64,000 bases of DNA from Alphaproteobacteria bacterium (GTDB taxonomy: Bacteria; Pseudomonadota; Alphaproteobacteria; Bin95): the NCBI GenBank assembly GCA_963665325.3, contig OZ224045.1:960001-1024000 (forward strand), given 5' to 3'. A program made the position numbers and the translations under genes. A model generated the notes under the pieces. The model did no database searches. It was given only the letters and a program-made list of their open reading frames with translations, and was not told the DNA's origin. Shown here piece after piece: positions 1 to 8,308 of this stretch (positions are counted from its first letter, which is position 1; every line of letters starts with the position of its first letter).

Positions 1-315
1 CGCACAGGCGAGATAGAGGCAGTCGTAAACCGGATGGTCGATCCGGAGGGCGATGGCGGTGGCGTGGATAACAAGCTCCGCGGCCGGGGCCAACGAGACG
101 AGATCGCCCAGGCGGGCGAGTTCGTGAAGGTAGGGTTGTGCGTCTGCTACTTCCCGGCGCCGGGCCTTCTTCCAGATCACGTTGGCGGCCTCGGTCAGTA
201 TGAAATCCGGAGCGTGCAGCACAATCCGGTGGGCCAGAAGCTGCCGCGCCTCGACAGTTCCGTCTTCGGTGAACAACCATTTGACCGCAACGCTGGCGTC
301 GACGACCGCCTTCAC
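1..315 (-). CDS. vapC: PIN-domain (VapC/FitB-like) toxin, 3' end runs off the window
   Basis: Manual translation from GTG at 315: MKAVVDASVAVKWLFTED...TEAANVIWKK...HPVYDCLYLACA, with PIN acidic residues. GTGA overlap with the antitoxin stop. Not in the ORF track because it is truncated. Confidence 0.9.
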   Translation of the reverse strand, partial: MKAVVDASVAVKWLFTEDGTVEARQLLAHRIVLHAPDFILTEAANVIWKKARRREVADAQPYLHELARLGDLVSLAPAAELVIHATAIALRIDHPVYDCLYLACA

Positions 316-548
316 CGATCGCGGTCCTCACGCAGGAGGAGGACGCTGTCTGTCTGGGGGCGCTCGGCGGTGAGCGCCGCGAGGCGTGCGGTGCGTTCGC
401 GGAAGTCTTCGAGGCGGGCGTGGCGCAGCACCTGCTGGGCGAGAAGATGGCGTATCTCCCCTTCCAGCGAGCGCTGGTTCGTTTTCGCCTGGGCCTTCAG
501 AGCGGCAACCAGCTTGTCATCGACATTACGCACGGTGATGGTGGCCAT
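312..548 (-). CDS. FitA-like ribbon-helix-helix antitoxin
   Basis: MATITVRNVDDKLVAALKAQAKTNQRSLEGEIRHLL...LLREDRDR is a typical FitA/Arc RHH antitoxin, directly upstream of the PIN gene. Confidence 0.88.
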   Translation of the reverse strand: MATITVRNVDDKLVAALKAQAKTNQRSLEGEIRHLLAQQVLRHARLEDFRERTARLAALTAERPQTDSVLLLREDRDR

Positions 549-565
549 GAAATGCGTTCCCGCCC

Positions 566-588
566 GATAGCAGCGCTTTGCTAGCATA
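566..588 (-). promoter_or_regulatory. Putative TA operator/-10 region
   Basis: GATAGCA-N6-TGCTAGCA. The minus strand reads TATGCT, as upstream of the second FitA-type module. Confidence 0.4.
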
Positions 589-704
589 TTGCTTGCGTTT
601 ATTCAAGATGAGACCGGATCGACGGAAGTTCCGAATGCGCGTCGGCGCGCGGAATGAGTTTTCCGATGGCTACCGGCCCCGGTTCTGACCGGTGATCGTT
701 GGTA

Positions 705-1610
705 TCAGGTGCAGCCGGCCGCCCGCCGGAGAGCGGAGAAGTCCGTCTGGGCTTCCAGCCCGATGCAGATGAGGCCGGCGGAGGCGTTGGGGGGTGCTTC
801 GGAGACGGACCAGCGGTTGCCGACGGTCTGGATTGCGGCCATGCCGCCGCCGGGGCGGCGCATGAAGCCCTTTGCGCGGAGCAGGCCGTGAGCGGGGTCG
901 GCGAGGATGCGGGCGAGCGCTTCCGGCTCGGCTCCGTCGGGCGGGTCGAACGCGGCCGTCGCATAGCCGTGCGTGTGGTCGAACGGCCCGCCGCCTGCCG
1001 GCAGGGCGGCGCGGCCGGTCCAGGCGCCCAGCACGATGTCGATGGGCGCGTCGGACTGCACCGTGCGCACAACCCGCGCTTCCGGGGCCGCTTCGCCCAG
1101 CCAGGCTTCCGCAGTGTCCGCATCGCCGGCGAGGTCGCATTTGTTCAGCAGGATGAGGTCGGCCTCGGCCAACTGCCGCCGGACGGTGCTGCCGAGATAG
1201 CGGTCCCCGGCCCGGCCGCGCACGGTCTCGGCATCGGCCAGCACGACCGCCCCGTCGAGCGCGAAGCCCTGGAGCAGGCCGACCGTGCCGGCGATGGCGC
1301 CCGGAAAGGCGACGCCGCTCGCCTCCAGCAGCACATGGTCGGGCCTCGGCTCCAGCGCCCGGAGCATGACGAGCGAGGACACCAGGTCCTCGCCATAGCT
1401 GCAGCACACGCAGCCGCCGACAAGGCTGACGATGCGGTCGTCCGCCGCCTCGACCAGGCTTGCGTCGATGGGCAGCGCGCCGAATTCGTTGACCATGACG
1501 GCGAGCCGCCTGCCGTTCGCCTGCCGGAGCATGCTGTTGACCAGGGTCGTCTTGCCGGCGCCCAGATAGCCGCCGACCACGGTGACGGGCAGCGGGCCGG
1601 CGGCGATCAT
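705..1610 (-). CDS. CobW/COG0523 family G3E GTPase (metallochaperone)
   Basis: GYLGAGKTT Walker A, VNEFG, GCVCC metal motif, EASG, LLNKCDL, C-terminal LRAKG. Confidence 0.92.
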   Translation of the reverse strand: MIAAGPLPVTVVGGYLGAGKTTLVNSMLRQANGRRLAVMVNEFGALPIDASLVEAADDRIVSLVGGCVCCSYGEDLVSSLVMLRALEPRPDHVLLEASGVAFPGAIAGTVGLLQGFALDGAVVLADAETVRGRAGDRYLGSTVRRQLAEADLILLNKCDLAGDADTAEAWLGEAAPEARVVRTVQSDAPIDIVLGAWTGRAALPAGGGPFDHTHGYATAAFDPPDGAEPEALARILADPAHGLLRAKGFMRRPGGGMAAIQTVGNRWSVSEAPPNASAGLICIGLEAQTDFSALRRAAGCT

Positions 1611-1696
1611 GACGGGCGCCGTCCCCGGCAGGAGCGAACCGGGGACATGAGGTTGCCGATACCACCGCCTCGGCCTCCGCCTGTCCCCACTCTTTT

Positions 1697-1836
1697 CATC
1701 ACCCCGGCCTCGAGCCGGGGTCCATCCATGGCTCGCAATATCGCCGCAGCCGGTGGAAAGAGGGCGGAACTACCGAGGCTGCAGCGAAAGCCAGGGCTGG
1801 ACCCCGGATCTCCGCTTCGCTCCGTCCGGGGTGACG
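1697..1836. repeat. REP-like palindromic element (alphaproteobacterial type)
   Basis: CATCACCCCGGCCTCGAGCCGGGGTCCA (1697-1724) and TGGACCCCGGATCTCCGCTTCGCTCCGTCCGGGGTGACG (1798-1836): two hairpins whose outer arms are inverted relative to each other. Confidence 0.7.
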
Positions 1837-1902
1837 GATGGGGACCGGGGCCGGGCCGGCGGTTGTGCCTCGTATGGCGGCGCAACGCGGCGGTTGTCAC
1901 AG

Positions 1903-3543
1903 CTAGAGATCGGTCGCGGGGAAGATGCGGCCGCCCTGCACGGTGCCCCAGACGCGCACATCCTTCAGCCGTTCGCCTCCGACGGTCTCCGGGTCGTCCT
2001 GCAGCACGGCGAAATCGGCGCGCTTGCCGGTCTCGATGGAACCCACCTCGCCGTCGAGGCCGAGCGTGTAGGCAGCGCCCAGGGTGATCGTGCGGAGCGC
2101 GTCGGCGACGCCGATCCGCTCCTGCCCGCCAAGGGTGCGGCCCGACGCGGTTTGCCGGTTGACGGCGCACCAGGCGGTGAAGAGCGGGCCGAGCGGCGTG
2201 ACCGGCGCATCGGAGTGGATCGCGAGCGGCACGCCCTCGCGCAGCGCGGTCGCGCAGGCGTTCATCCGCTCGGCGCGCTCCGGACCCACCGTCACAGCGT
2301 AATGCTGGTCGCCCCAGTAATAGTGGTGGTTCGGGAACAGGTTGACGCACATGCCGAGCGCCCGGATGCGCCGGAACTGCGCCGCGTCGGCAAGCTGGCA
2401 GTGCTGGAGGGTGAAGCGGTGGTCCGGCGCTGGGTGCTTGCGGAGCGCGGATTCCATACAGTCCAGCGCCAGGTCCGTCGCCTCGTCGCCATTGGTGTGG
2501 GTGTGGACCCGAAGGCCGGCGGCGAGCGCGCGCTCGTAGATCTCCAGCAGGTGCTCCGGCGGGATGTACCAGAGGCCCTCCGGCGCGCCGTTATAGTAGC
2601 CGGGCCAGCGCAGCCGGGCCGAGAAGCCCTGGATCGAGCCGTCTGCCACCACCTTGATAGTGCCGAGGCGGAGCCTGTCGCGGCTGCGGCCCCTGAGTTC
2701 CAGCGCCCGGTCGATCAGCTCTTCCGGCGTGAGGCCGTAGAAGCGGCGCAGAGAGACGATGCGCGCCGGGTAGTCCGCCTCGCCTGTCACCCGCAGCATC
2801 ATCTCCACCGCGTCTTCCGGCAGCAGGTTGGCGAGGTCGGCGGCCGTGGTGACGCCGGTGCGCACGCAGAGCTTGGCGAAGCGCCTGAGGCCCGGCTCGT
2901 CGCAGGCCAGCAGGTCGCGGTCGAAGCCGGTGTGGACGCCGAGCGGGGCCATGGCGTCCGGCCCCTTCATCTCGCCGGTCGGCAGACCGTCCGCGCCGAG
3001 CGGGATGCCGGGATGGTTGACGCCCGTCCGCAGCATGCCGGCGAGTTCCAGCGCCTTGGTGTTGACATTGAGGATATGGCCGGAGGCGTTGAGCACGCCC
3101 ACCGCGCGCTCGGTAGAGACCTTGTCGAGGTCGTGCCGGTTCACCCGCCGGCCGCCATAGTAGATCGCATCCAGCGACCAGCCGGCGAGCGGCGCAGCCG
3201 GGTCTTCCAGCGCGTCCGCTGCCTCGCTGAGCCGTTCCACCACGGCGTCGATGGATTTCATGCCGGGCCATACCGTGCCTTCGGGGTCCATGCGGTCGAA
3301 GAAGCCGCAATAGACATAGGCCCAGAGCGAGCCCTCCATGACATGGCTGTGGCCTTCGACCAGGCCCGGCATCAGCACCTTGTCCGCGAAGCGCTCGTCG
3401 AGGCGGTAGTCGCCCCAGCCTGCCAGTTCCTCCAGCGTGCCGGCGCCGAGGATGCGCCCCTCCCGCACCGCCACATGGGTGGCGTGCGGCCGGGCCGGGT
3501 TCATGGTGACGATCTTGCGAGCAGGATAGATGGTGGCGGTCAC
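1903..3543 (-). CDS. YtcJ-like metal-dependent amidohydrolase (amidohydrolase_3)
   Basis: PGLVEGHSH, KVVADGS, HTNGD, QHCQ, HSDAPV and GSIETGKRADF motifs. Confidence 0.9.
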   Translation of the reverse strand: MTATIYPARKIVTMNPARPHATHVAVREGRILGAGTLEELAGWGDYRLDERFADKVLMPGLVEGHSHVMEGSLWAYVYCGFFDRMDPEGTVWPGMKSIDAVVERLSEAADALEDPAAPLAGWSLDAIYYGGRRVNRHDLDKVSTERAVGVLNASGHILNVNTKALELAGMLRTGVNHPGIPLGADGLPTGEMKGPDAMAPLGVHTGFDRDLLACDEPGLRRFAKLCVRTGVTTAADLANLLPEDAVEMMLRVTGEADYPARIVSLRRFYGLTPEELIDRALELRGRSRDRLRLGTIKVVADGSIQGFSARLRWPGYYNGAPEGLWYIPPEHLLEIYERALAAGLRVHTHTNGDEATDLALDCMESALRKHPAPDHRFTLQHCQLADAAQFRRIRALGMCVNLFPNHHYYWGDQHYAVTVGPERAERMNACATALREGVPLAIHSDAPVTPLGPLFTAWCAVNRQTASGRTLGGQERIGVADALRTITLGAAYTLGLDGEVGSIETGKRADFAVLQDDPETVGGERLKDVRVWGTVQGGRIFPATDL

Positions 3544-3580
3544 ACCGCAGGCTCCCTTCGGGCGGGGATTGCCGGGCCGG

Positions 3581-4105
3581 TCAGGCGGCCGCGGTCAGGA
3601 TCGGCAGGGCCTGCTCATAGGCGGCGGCGGCCAGCACCTCGATCTCGTCCGGCCGGCGGCTGCCGATCGGGTGTTCGACCATCACGAAGGGATAGTCGGG
3701 AAGGCCCAGCGTCCGGGCGATGTTCCGCGCCGTCACCTCGAAGGGTTCGGTGCAGATGACGATCGCGCGTTTCCCGAGCTGCTCGAAGCTGATGCCGTCA
3801 TGCAAACTGCACGTCGAACAGGAGCCTCAGTCGCCCAGTCCCGTTATGAGGAAATCGACCTTCTGCGCCGCGGCCTTCAGCGTCTCTTCCGGCGCGGGCG
3901 CGCTGGCGTTGGACTTCGAATAGACCGGCACCACCGTGCAGCCATGCCGGGCCTCGAAGACGGCGGCGGTCTCGCGCAGCATGGAGACGGCGTTGAGCTT
4001 GCCGTTCTCCAGCAGGCCGATGGTCCGGCCCTCCAGCCCGGCGAGCGCCGCTGCCCGACTGTTGTTCCGTTCCGGCCCCGGAACCGTGGGGTCGCAAAGA
4101 AGCAT
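3581..4105 (-). CDS. UGSC-family selenoprotein (174 aa, Sec at in-frame TGA 3827-3829)
   Basis: Track ORFs 3827..4105 and 3581..3805 are in the same frame. Readthrough gives ...ITGLGD-U-GSCSTCSLHDGISFEQLGKRAIVICTEPF..., the UGSC motif. RBS-like GGGAG lies upstream of the ATG at 4105. Confidence 0.88.
3799..3813 (-). promoter_or_regulatory. Putative bacterial SECIS hairpin
   Basis: mRNA CGUGCA-GUU-UGCAUG starts 13 nt after the UGA, with G first in the apical loop. It resembles the upper stem of the E. coli fdhF SECIS. Confidence 0.6.
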
Positions 4106-4138
4106 GCCTATCGTCTCCCGTCCGTTGTCAGTTTCAGT

Positions 4139-4171
4139 CTACTCGCAATCGATGCACACGCCGATGGGCTT
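4139..4171 (+). repeat. 33-bp direct repeat copy 1 (orphan 3' end of gene 4990..6069)
   Basis: CTACTCGCAATCGATGCACACGCCGATGGGCTT, identical to 4990..5022. Encodes KPIGVCIDCE-stop on the minus strand. Confidence 0.97.
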
Positions 4172-4189
4172 TCACGGTCTGCCCGATAG

Positions 4190-4621
4190 TCAGCCGCTGC
4201 CGCTCGCATAGTCGGCGAGCGTCATGACCGCCCCGCCGTGAGCGGTCGGTGCAACTGCATTCGCGAAGCGGCGGTCGGCCGTCACGACAGTCGCGCCGAT
4301 ACGATGGGCCAGCGCAAGATACATGAAGTCGTAAACCGGCCTGTCGAGCGCCAGCGCAATCCGGATTGCATCTGCACCGACCGTTTCGTCGGCGTGCCAC
4401 TGCACCGGCATCCGGGGAACCGAAGCCATCATTGCGCCTGCTTCGTCATGCTCGATCTGGCCCCGGCGCGCTTTGCTCCAGAGCGCATTGGCCAGTTCGG
4501 CCGCCATCAGGCGCGGCGCATGCAGGTCATGCCGGCCTGTCGCCAATTCACGCGCGGCTTCGAAATCTTCCTCGGCTACCAGCCATTTGACCGCTACGCT
4601 GGCGTCAACGACCAGCCGCAT
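4190..4621 (-). CDS. vapC: PIN-domain (VapC/FitB-like) toxin
   Basis: MRLVVDASVAVKW...AELANALW...VYDFMYLALA...VVTADRRF. TGATG coupling with the antitoxin. Confidence 0.93.
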   Translation of the reverse strand: MRLVVDASVAVKWLVAEEDFEAARELATGRHDLHAPRLMAAELANALWSKARRGQIEHDEAGAMMASVPRMPVQWHADETVGADAIRIALALDRPVYDFMYLALAHRIGATVVTADRRFANAVAPTAHGGAVMTLADYASGSG

Positions 4622-4890
4622 CAGAAGCCGAGATGGGGGCGATGGCCGCGGTCGCGGTCTTCGCGGATCAACTCCTCGGCAGGCGTATGTTCGCGCCCTT
4701 CCGTCAGGCTCCGCAGCCGGTCGGCGATGGCCAGGAAGTCGGCGCGTTTGGCCTCCATGTCGTCGTCCTCGACCGCACATTCCAGGATATGGCGCACCTC
4801 GCCCTCCAGGGACCGGTTGTTGCCCGAAGCGCGATGCTTGAGACGCCGGACCACATCGTCATCGAGCTGCCGCACGTTTATCGTCGCCAT
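4621..4890 (-). CDS. FitA-like RHH antitoxin
   Basis: MATINVRQLDDDVVRRLKHRASGNNRSLEGEVRHIL...LIREDRD, a paralogue of 312..548. Confidence 0.9.
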   Translation of the reverse strand: MATINVRQLDDDVVRRLKHRASGNNRSLEGEVRHILECAVEDDDMEAKRADFLAIADRLRSLTEGREHTPAEELIREDRDRGHRPHLGF

Positions 4891-4909
4891 CTTTCGATCC
4901 TCGACCGAT

Positions 4910-4928
4910 TGCTATCGAATTGATAGCA
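4910..4928. promoter_or_regulatory. FitA-type operator inverted repeat
   Basis: TGCTATC-GAATT-GATAGCA, about 20 bp upstream of the antitoxin. Half-sites match the Neisseria fitAB operator (TGCTATCA/TGATAGCA). Confidence 0.65.
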
Positions 4929-4989
4929 TAACCGGGCGGAAAGAGACAGTCTCCATCGTCCGGTCGGGCAGCCGGCTCGCGCTCCCCGC

Positions 4990-5022
4990 CTACTCGCAAT
5001 CGATGCACACGCCGATGGGCTT
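4990..5022 (+). repeat. 33-bp direct repeat copy 2 (current 3' end of the gene)
   Basis: Identical to 4139..4171. Confidence 0.97.
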
Positions 5023-6069
5023 CGATTGCATGAGGGAGGCGCGGCCGCGGCTCCAGGAGGGGATGAAGCTGGAATGGCCGCCGGCGTCGCCGCCGCCCAT
5101 GAGGATCATGATGTCGTCCGGGCCGAGGCCGCGGTGGAACTTCCCGTCACCCGCCAGCGGGCGCACGCCCTCCTCCGCATGCTGCTTGCCGTATTCGACA
5201 TCGCGGTGCTTGCCGACAGACTTCATGCCCTCGACGCTGCGCCACGCATGGGCGAACAGGTATTCCTGCGCCTGTCTCCGCGTCCATCCGGCGCCGGAGA
5301 GGATGCGCATATGCTCCGGGGCCATCACCACCACGGACTGGCCGAGCGTGATGCAGCCATAGTTCGCCATCGCGTCGGCGAAGGTGCCCAATATGTGCTC
5401 CGGCGTGTTGCCGCCATGGTTCTCGATGTTGCAGAAGCCGCCGCCGGCGAAGACGGTGACGCTGCTCACGCCTTCCGGATAGCCCTGTTCCTCGCAGAGC
5501 AGCGGCCAGGGATTGCCCCGGCTGCGCTCCGCAATGCAGAAGCCGAATTTGGCCGGCTGGCCCTGGGTCGATTTGTCGGAGATGCCGGGGATCATCCGGA
5601 AGACGTTCATCAGGATGAGGCGCACGGCGCGGCCGATAGTGGCGTTGGCGCGGTTGCCGGGGCCGAACAGGTTCACGTCTGAGTTCATCTGAATGTCGTC
5701 GGTGACGGGGCCGCTGACGACCAGCAACGGCGCCGAGCCGCCGGTGGACGCGGTCGAGCCGTGGAAGTTGAAGCCGGGCTCGTTCATGGCCTCGAAGGCC
5801 GCGACCAGCACCGGGAAATATTCGGGCCGGCAGCCGGCCATGACGGCGTTCACCGCCGCGGCGTGGACGGTGCATTCGAGGCCCGTCGCGGGATGGCGGG
5901 CGATGGGGGTCTCGGGCGGCCGGCCCTCATAGCCGAGCATCTCTTCCACCCGCCCGGGCGCCGGCGGCACGACCGGCAGGCCGTCGGTCCAGCCCTGCTC
6001 GAAGCAATAGTCGATGGCGGCGAGCGGGTCGTCGGCGACCTCGTGCAGGCGTTCGGCATCGTAGGGCAT
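4990..6069 (-). CDS. Uncharacterised UGSC-associated protein (GWTDGLPVVPP family) with C-terminal CxxC
   Basis: GWTDGLPVVPP, AVNAVMAGC, GNRANATIGRA and GQPAK motifs, recalled as a family often fused to or next to UGSC proteins. Ends in CIDCE. Confidence 0.8.
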   Translation of the reverse strand: MPYDAERLHEVADDPLAAIDYCFEQGWTDGLPVVPPAPGRVEEMLGYEGRPPETPIARHPATGLECTVHAAAVNAVMAGCRPEYFPVLVAAFEAMNEPGFNFHGSTASTGGSAPLLVVSGPVTDDIQMNSDVNLFGPGNRANATIGRAVRLILMNVFRMIPGISDKSTQGQPAKFGFCIAERSRGNPWPLLCEEQGYPEGVSSVTVFAGGGFCNIENHGGNTPEHILGTFADAMANYGCITLGQSVVVMAPEHMRILSGAGWTRRQAQEYLFAHAWRSVEGMKSVGKHRDVEYGKQHAEEGVRPLAGDGKFHRGLGPDDIMILMGGGDAGGHSSFIPSWSRGRASLMQSKPIGVCIDCE

Positions 6070-6168
6070 GGGCGCGGGCTCCGTTCGCCTCCGGTTGCCT
6101 CCCTATAGCGCATGGTGAATTATCCCGGCAACAAGACCGCCGGACGCGCAAGAGGGGGAATCGGGCCC

Positions 6169-7260
6169 GTGGCGAAAATCGACAAGCTGGAAATCGACCT
6201 GTTCCGCCTGCCGCTGCCGGTGGCGATGGAAGCCTCGGCCGCGGGCGTGATGACCGCCTTCGACATGGTAACGGCGCGGATTACCGACAGCGACGGCGTC
6301 TCGGGTGTGGGCTACACCGTGATGCATGAGGGGCAGGGCGGCCCGATCGCGGCGATGTGCGACGGCTCCTTCCGCTCCAGCATCGAGGGGTGGGATCCGG
6401 ACCTGATCGAGGCGATCTGGCGCGATATCTACAAGCGCCACCACTATGCCGGCCGGGGCGGGGCCACCGGCTTCGCGATGGCGGCGGTGGATGTCGCGCT
6501 CTGGGACCTGAAGGGCAACAGACTCGGCTCCCCGCTCTGGCGGCTGCTCGGCGGGGCCAACCCCTCCGTGCGGGCCTATGCCGGCAATATCGACCTCAAC
6601 TTCCCGGTGGACAGGCTGCTGGAAGGCGGCATGGTGAGCGTCGAGGCGGGTTTCCGGTCGGTCAAGATGCGGCTCGGCCGCCCGACCATCGCCGAGGACA
6701 TCGCGCGCGTCGAGGCGATGCGCAGCCATCTGCCCGACGAGATCGAGCTGATGGCGGATGCGAACGAGGCCTGGCGGGTGGAGCAGGCGATGCGCGCCAT
6801 GACCCTGCTGCAACCCTTCGACCTGGTCTGGCTGGAGGAGCCGATCGCGCCCGACAACACGGCCGGATATGCGCATCTGCGCTCACTCGGCAAGGTGCCG
6901 CTGGCGGCGGGCGAGAACCACCACACGCTGGCCGAGTTCGCGGCGCTGATCGGCGCCGGCGGGGTCGATTTCCCGGAGCCCGACCTCACCACATGCGGCG
7001 GCGTCACGCCGTTCATGAAGGTGGCCCGCCTGGCCGAGGCGCACGGCCTGCCGGTGATGAGCCACGGCGCGCACGACCTGCATATCCACTTGCTCGCCGC
7101 CGCGCCGAACGCGGCCTACCTGGAATGGCACGCCTTCGGCCTCGACAAGTTCATGGCGGACCCGCTGACGGTCGAGCACGGCTACGCCCGCGCCCCCGAC
7201 CGCCCCGGCCACGGTATCGCGTTCGACTGGGAGGCGCTTGCGTCGCACCGGCCGGGTTAG
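6169..7260 (+). CDS. Mandelate racemase/muconate lactonizing enzyme family (enolase superfamily)
   Basis: AAVDVALWDLKG, KxR, DANE, WLEEP, GEN and catalytic H. GTG start chosen after the AGAGGGGG RBS. Confidence 0.88.
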   Translation: MAKIDKLEIDLFRLPLPVAMEASAAGVMTAFDMVTARITDSDGVSGVGYTVMHEGQGGPIAAMCDGSFRSSIEGWDPDLIEAIWRDIYKRHHYAGRGGATGFAMAAVDVALWDLKGNRLGSPLWRLLGGANPSVRAYAGNIDLNFPVDRLLEGGMVSVEAGFRSVKMRLGRPTIAEDIARVEAMRSHLPDEIELMADANEAWRVEQAMRAMTLLQPFDLVWLEEPIAPDNTAGYAHLRSLGKVPLAAGENHHTLAEFAALIGAGGVDFPEPDLTTCGGVTPFMKVARLAEAHGLPVMSHGAHDLHIHLLAAAPNAAYLEWHAFGLDKFMADPLTVEHGYARAPDRPGHGIAFDWEALASHRPG

Positions 7261-7279
7261 GGGGTGCGGCTTCCGCCCC

Positions 7280-8194
7280 TCAAAGCCCCCACCGCAGCGC
7301 CAGCAGGTCCAGCGGCCGCGCCAGTTCCAGCAGGCCGGCCAGCACTTCCGGCTCCAAGGGCGTGAGCGGGGCGCGGACGTGGTCGGAGCGGATGACGCCG
7401 CCGGCTTTCATCGCGGCCTTCGAGGCGCGGAGGCCGCACTGGCGGTTTTCGTAGTTGATGAGCGGCAGCACGCGGGCATAGGCGGCGGCGGCTTCCTCGC
7501 GGCGGCCTTCGCGGTGGGCGTCCACGACGGGCTTCAGAAGGTCCGGCAGGAGGGCGCTCGGCATGGTGCCGGTGGCGCCGGCGTCGAGGTCTGCCATCAG
7601 CGTGATCGCCTCCTCGCCGTCGAACGGCCCCTGTATCGCCTCGCCGCCCGCCCGGATCAGCGAGCGCAGTTTCCCGGCGGCCTGCGGCGTCTCGATCTTG
7701 AAATATGCGACACCGGCGATCTCGCGCGCGAGCCGGGCGAGGAACGTGACGCTGAGTTCCACGCCGGAGAGCGGCGCGTCCTGCACCATGATCGGCAGGC
7801 CCCCCTCCGCTGCCCGCGCGAATTGCTCGTATGTCTGCGCTTCGGTGCCCCTGAGCCCCGCGCCGTGATAGGGCGGCATCAGCATGACCATCGCGGCGCC
7901 CAGTTCCGCCGCCCGCCGGCAGCGCCCGACGACGATCCGGGTGGAGAAGTGCGAGGCGGCGACGATGACCGGCAGGCGGCCCGCAACATGCTCCAGGCAG
8001 ATCCGGGCGAGGGTCTCGCGCTCCTCGTCGGAAATCAGGAACTGCTCGGAATAATTGGCGAGGATGCAGAGCCCGTCCGAGCCCTGGGCCACCATGCAAT
8101 CGAGCACCCGCCTCTGGCCTTCCAGGTCGAGGTCTCCGGTTTCGGTGAAGACGGTGGGGACGACCGGCCACACGCCGCGCCAGGGTCTCGCCAT
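7280..8194 (-). CDS. DapA/DHDPS-family lyase (2-keto-3-deoxyarabonate dehydratase-like)
   Basis: GVWPVVPTVF, LANYSEQF, MPPYHG, VQDAP and FKIE (Schiff-base Lys). Confidence 0.85.
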   Translation of the reverse strand: MARPWRGVWPVVPTVFTETGDLDLEGQRRVLDCMVAQGSDGLCILANYSEQFLISDEERETLARICLEHVAGRLPVIVAASHFSTRIVVGRCRRAAELGAAMVMLMPPYHGAGLRGTEAQTYEQFARAAEGGLPIMVQDAPLSGVELSVTFLARLAREIAGVAYFKIETPQAAGKLRSLIRAGGEAIQGPFDGEEAITLMADLDAGATGTMPSALLPDLLKPVVDAHREGRREEAAAAYARVLPLINYENRQCGLRASKAAMKAGGVIRSDHVRAPLTPLEPEVLAGLLELARPLDLLALRWGL

Positions 8195-8308
8195 GCTGCT
8201 CTCTCCCGATCCGCGAAGGCTCGTCCGCGCCAGCTTACGCGAATTTCGTCGAACCCGGTTCCGGCCTTATCCTCGCGGGAGCCGCCGCGACATCCGGGGA
8301 ACGGGGAC

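Noticed and set aside
3798-4097. Alternative-frame ORF bridging the two UGSC fragments (frameshift explanation)
   Set aside because: The fragments are already in one frame separated by a single TGA, so no frameshift is needed.
562-4189. GCCCGATAG shared between the TA1 promoter (562-570) and the end of TA2 (4181-4189)
   Set aside because: Only 9 bp, at non-equivalent positions; plausible by chance.
7238-8308. Apparent 614-aa fusion ORF ending in GDPD
   Set aside because: The first 357 codons are antisense to the DapA-family gene; only 8309..9082 is GDPD.
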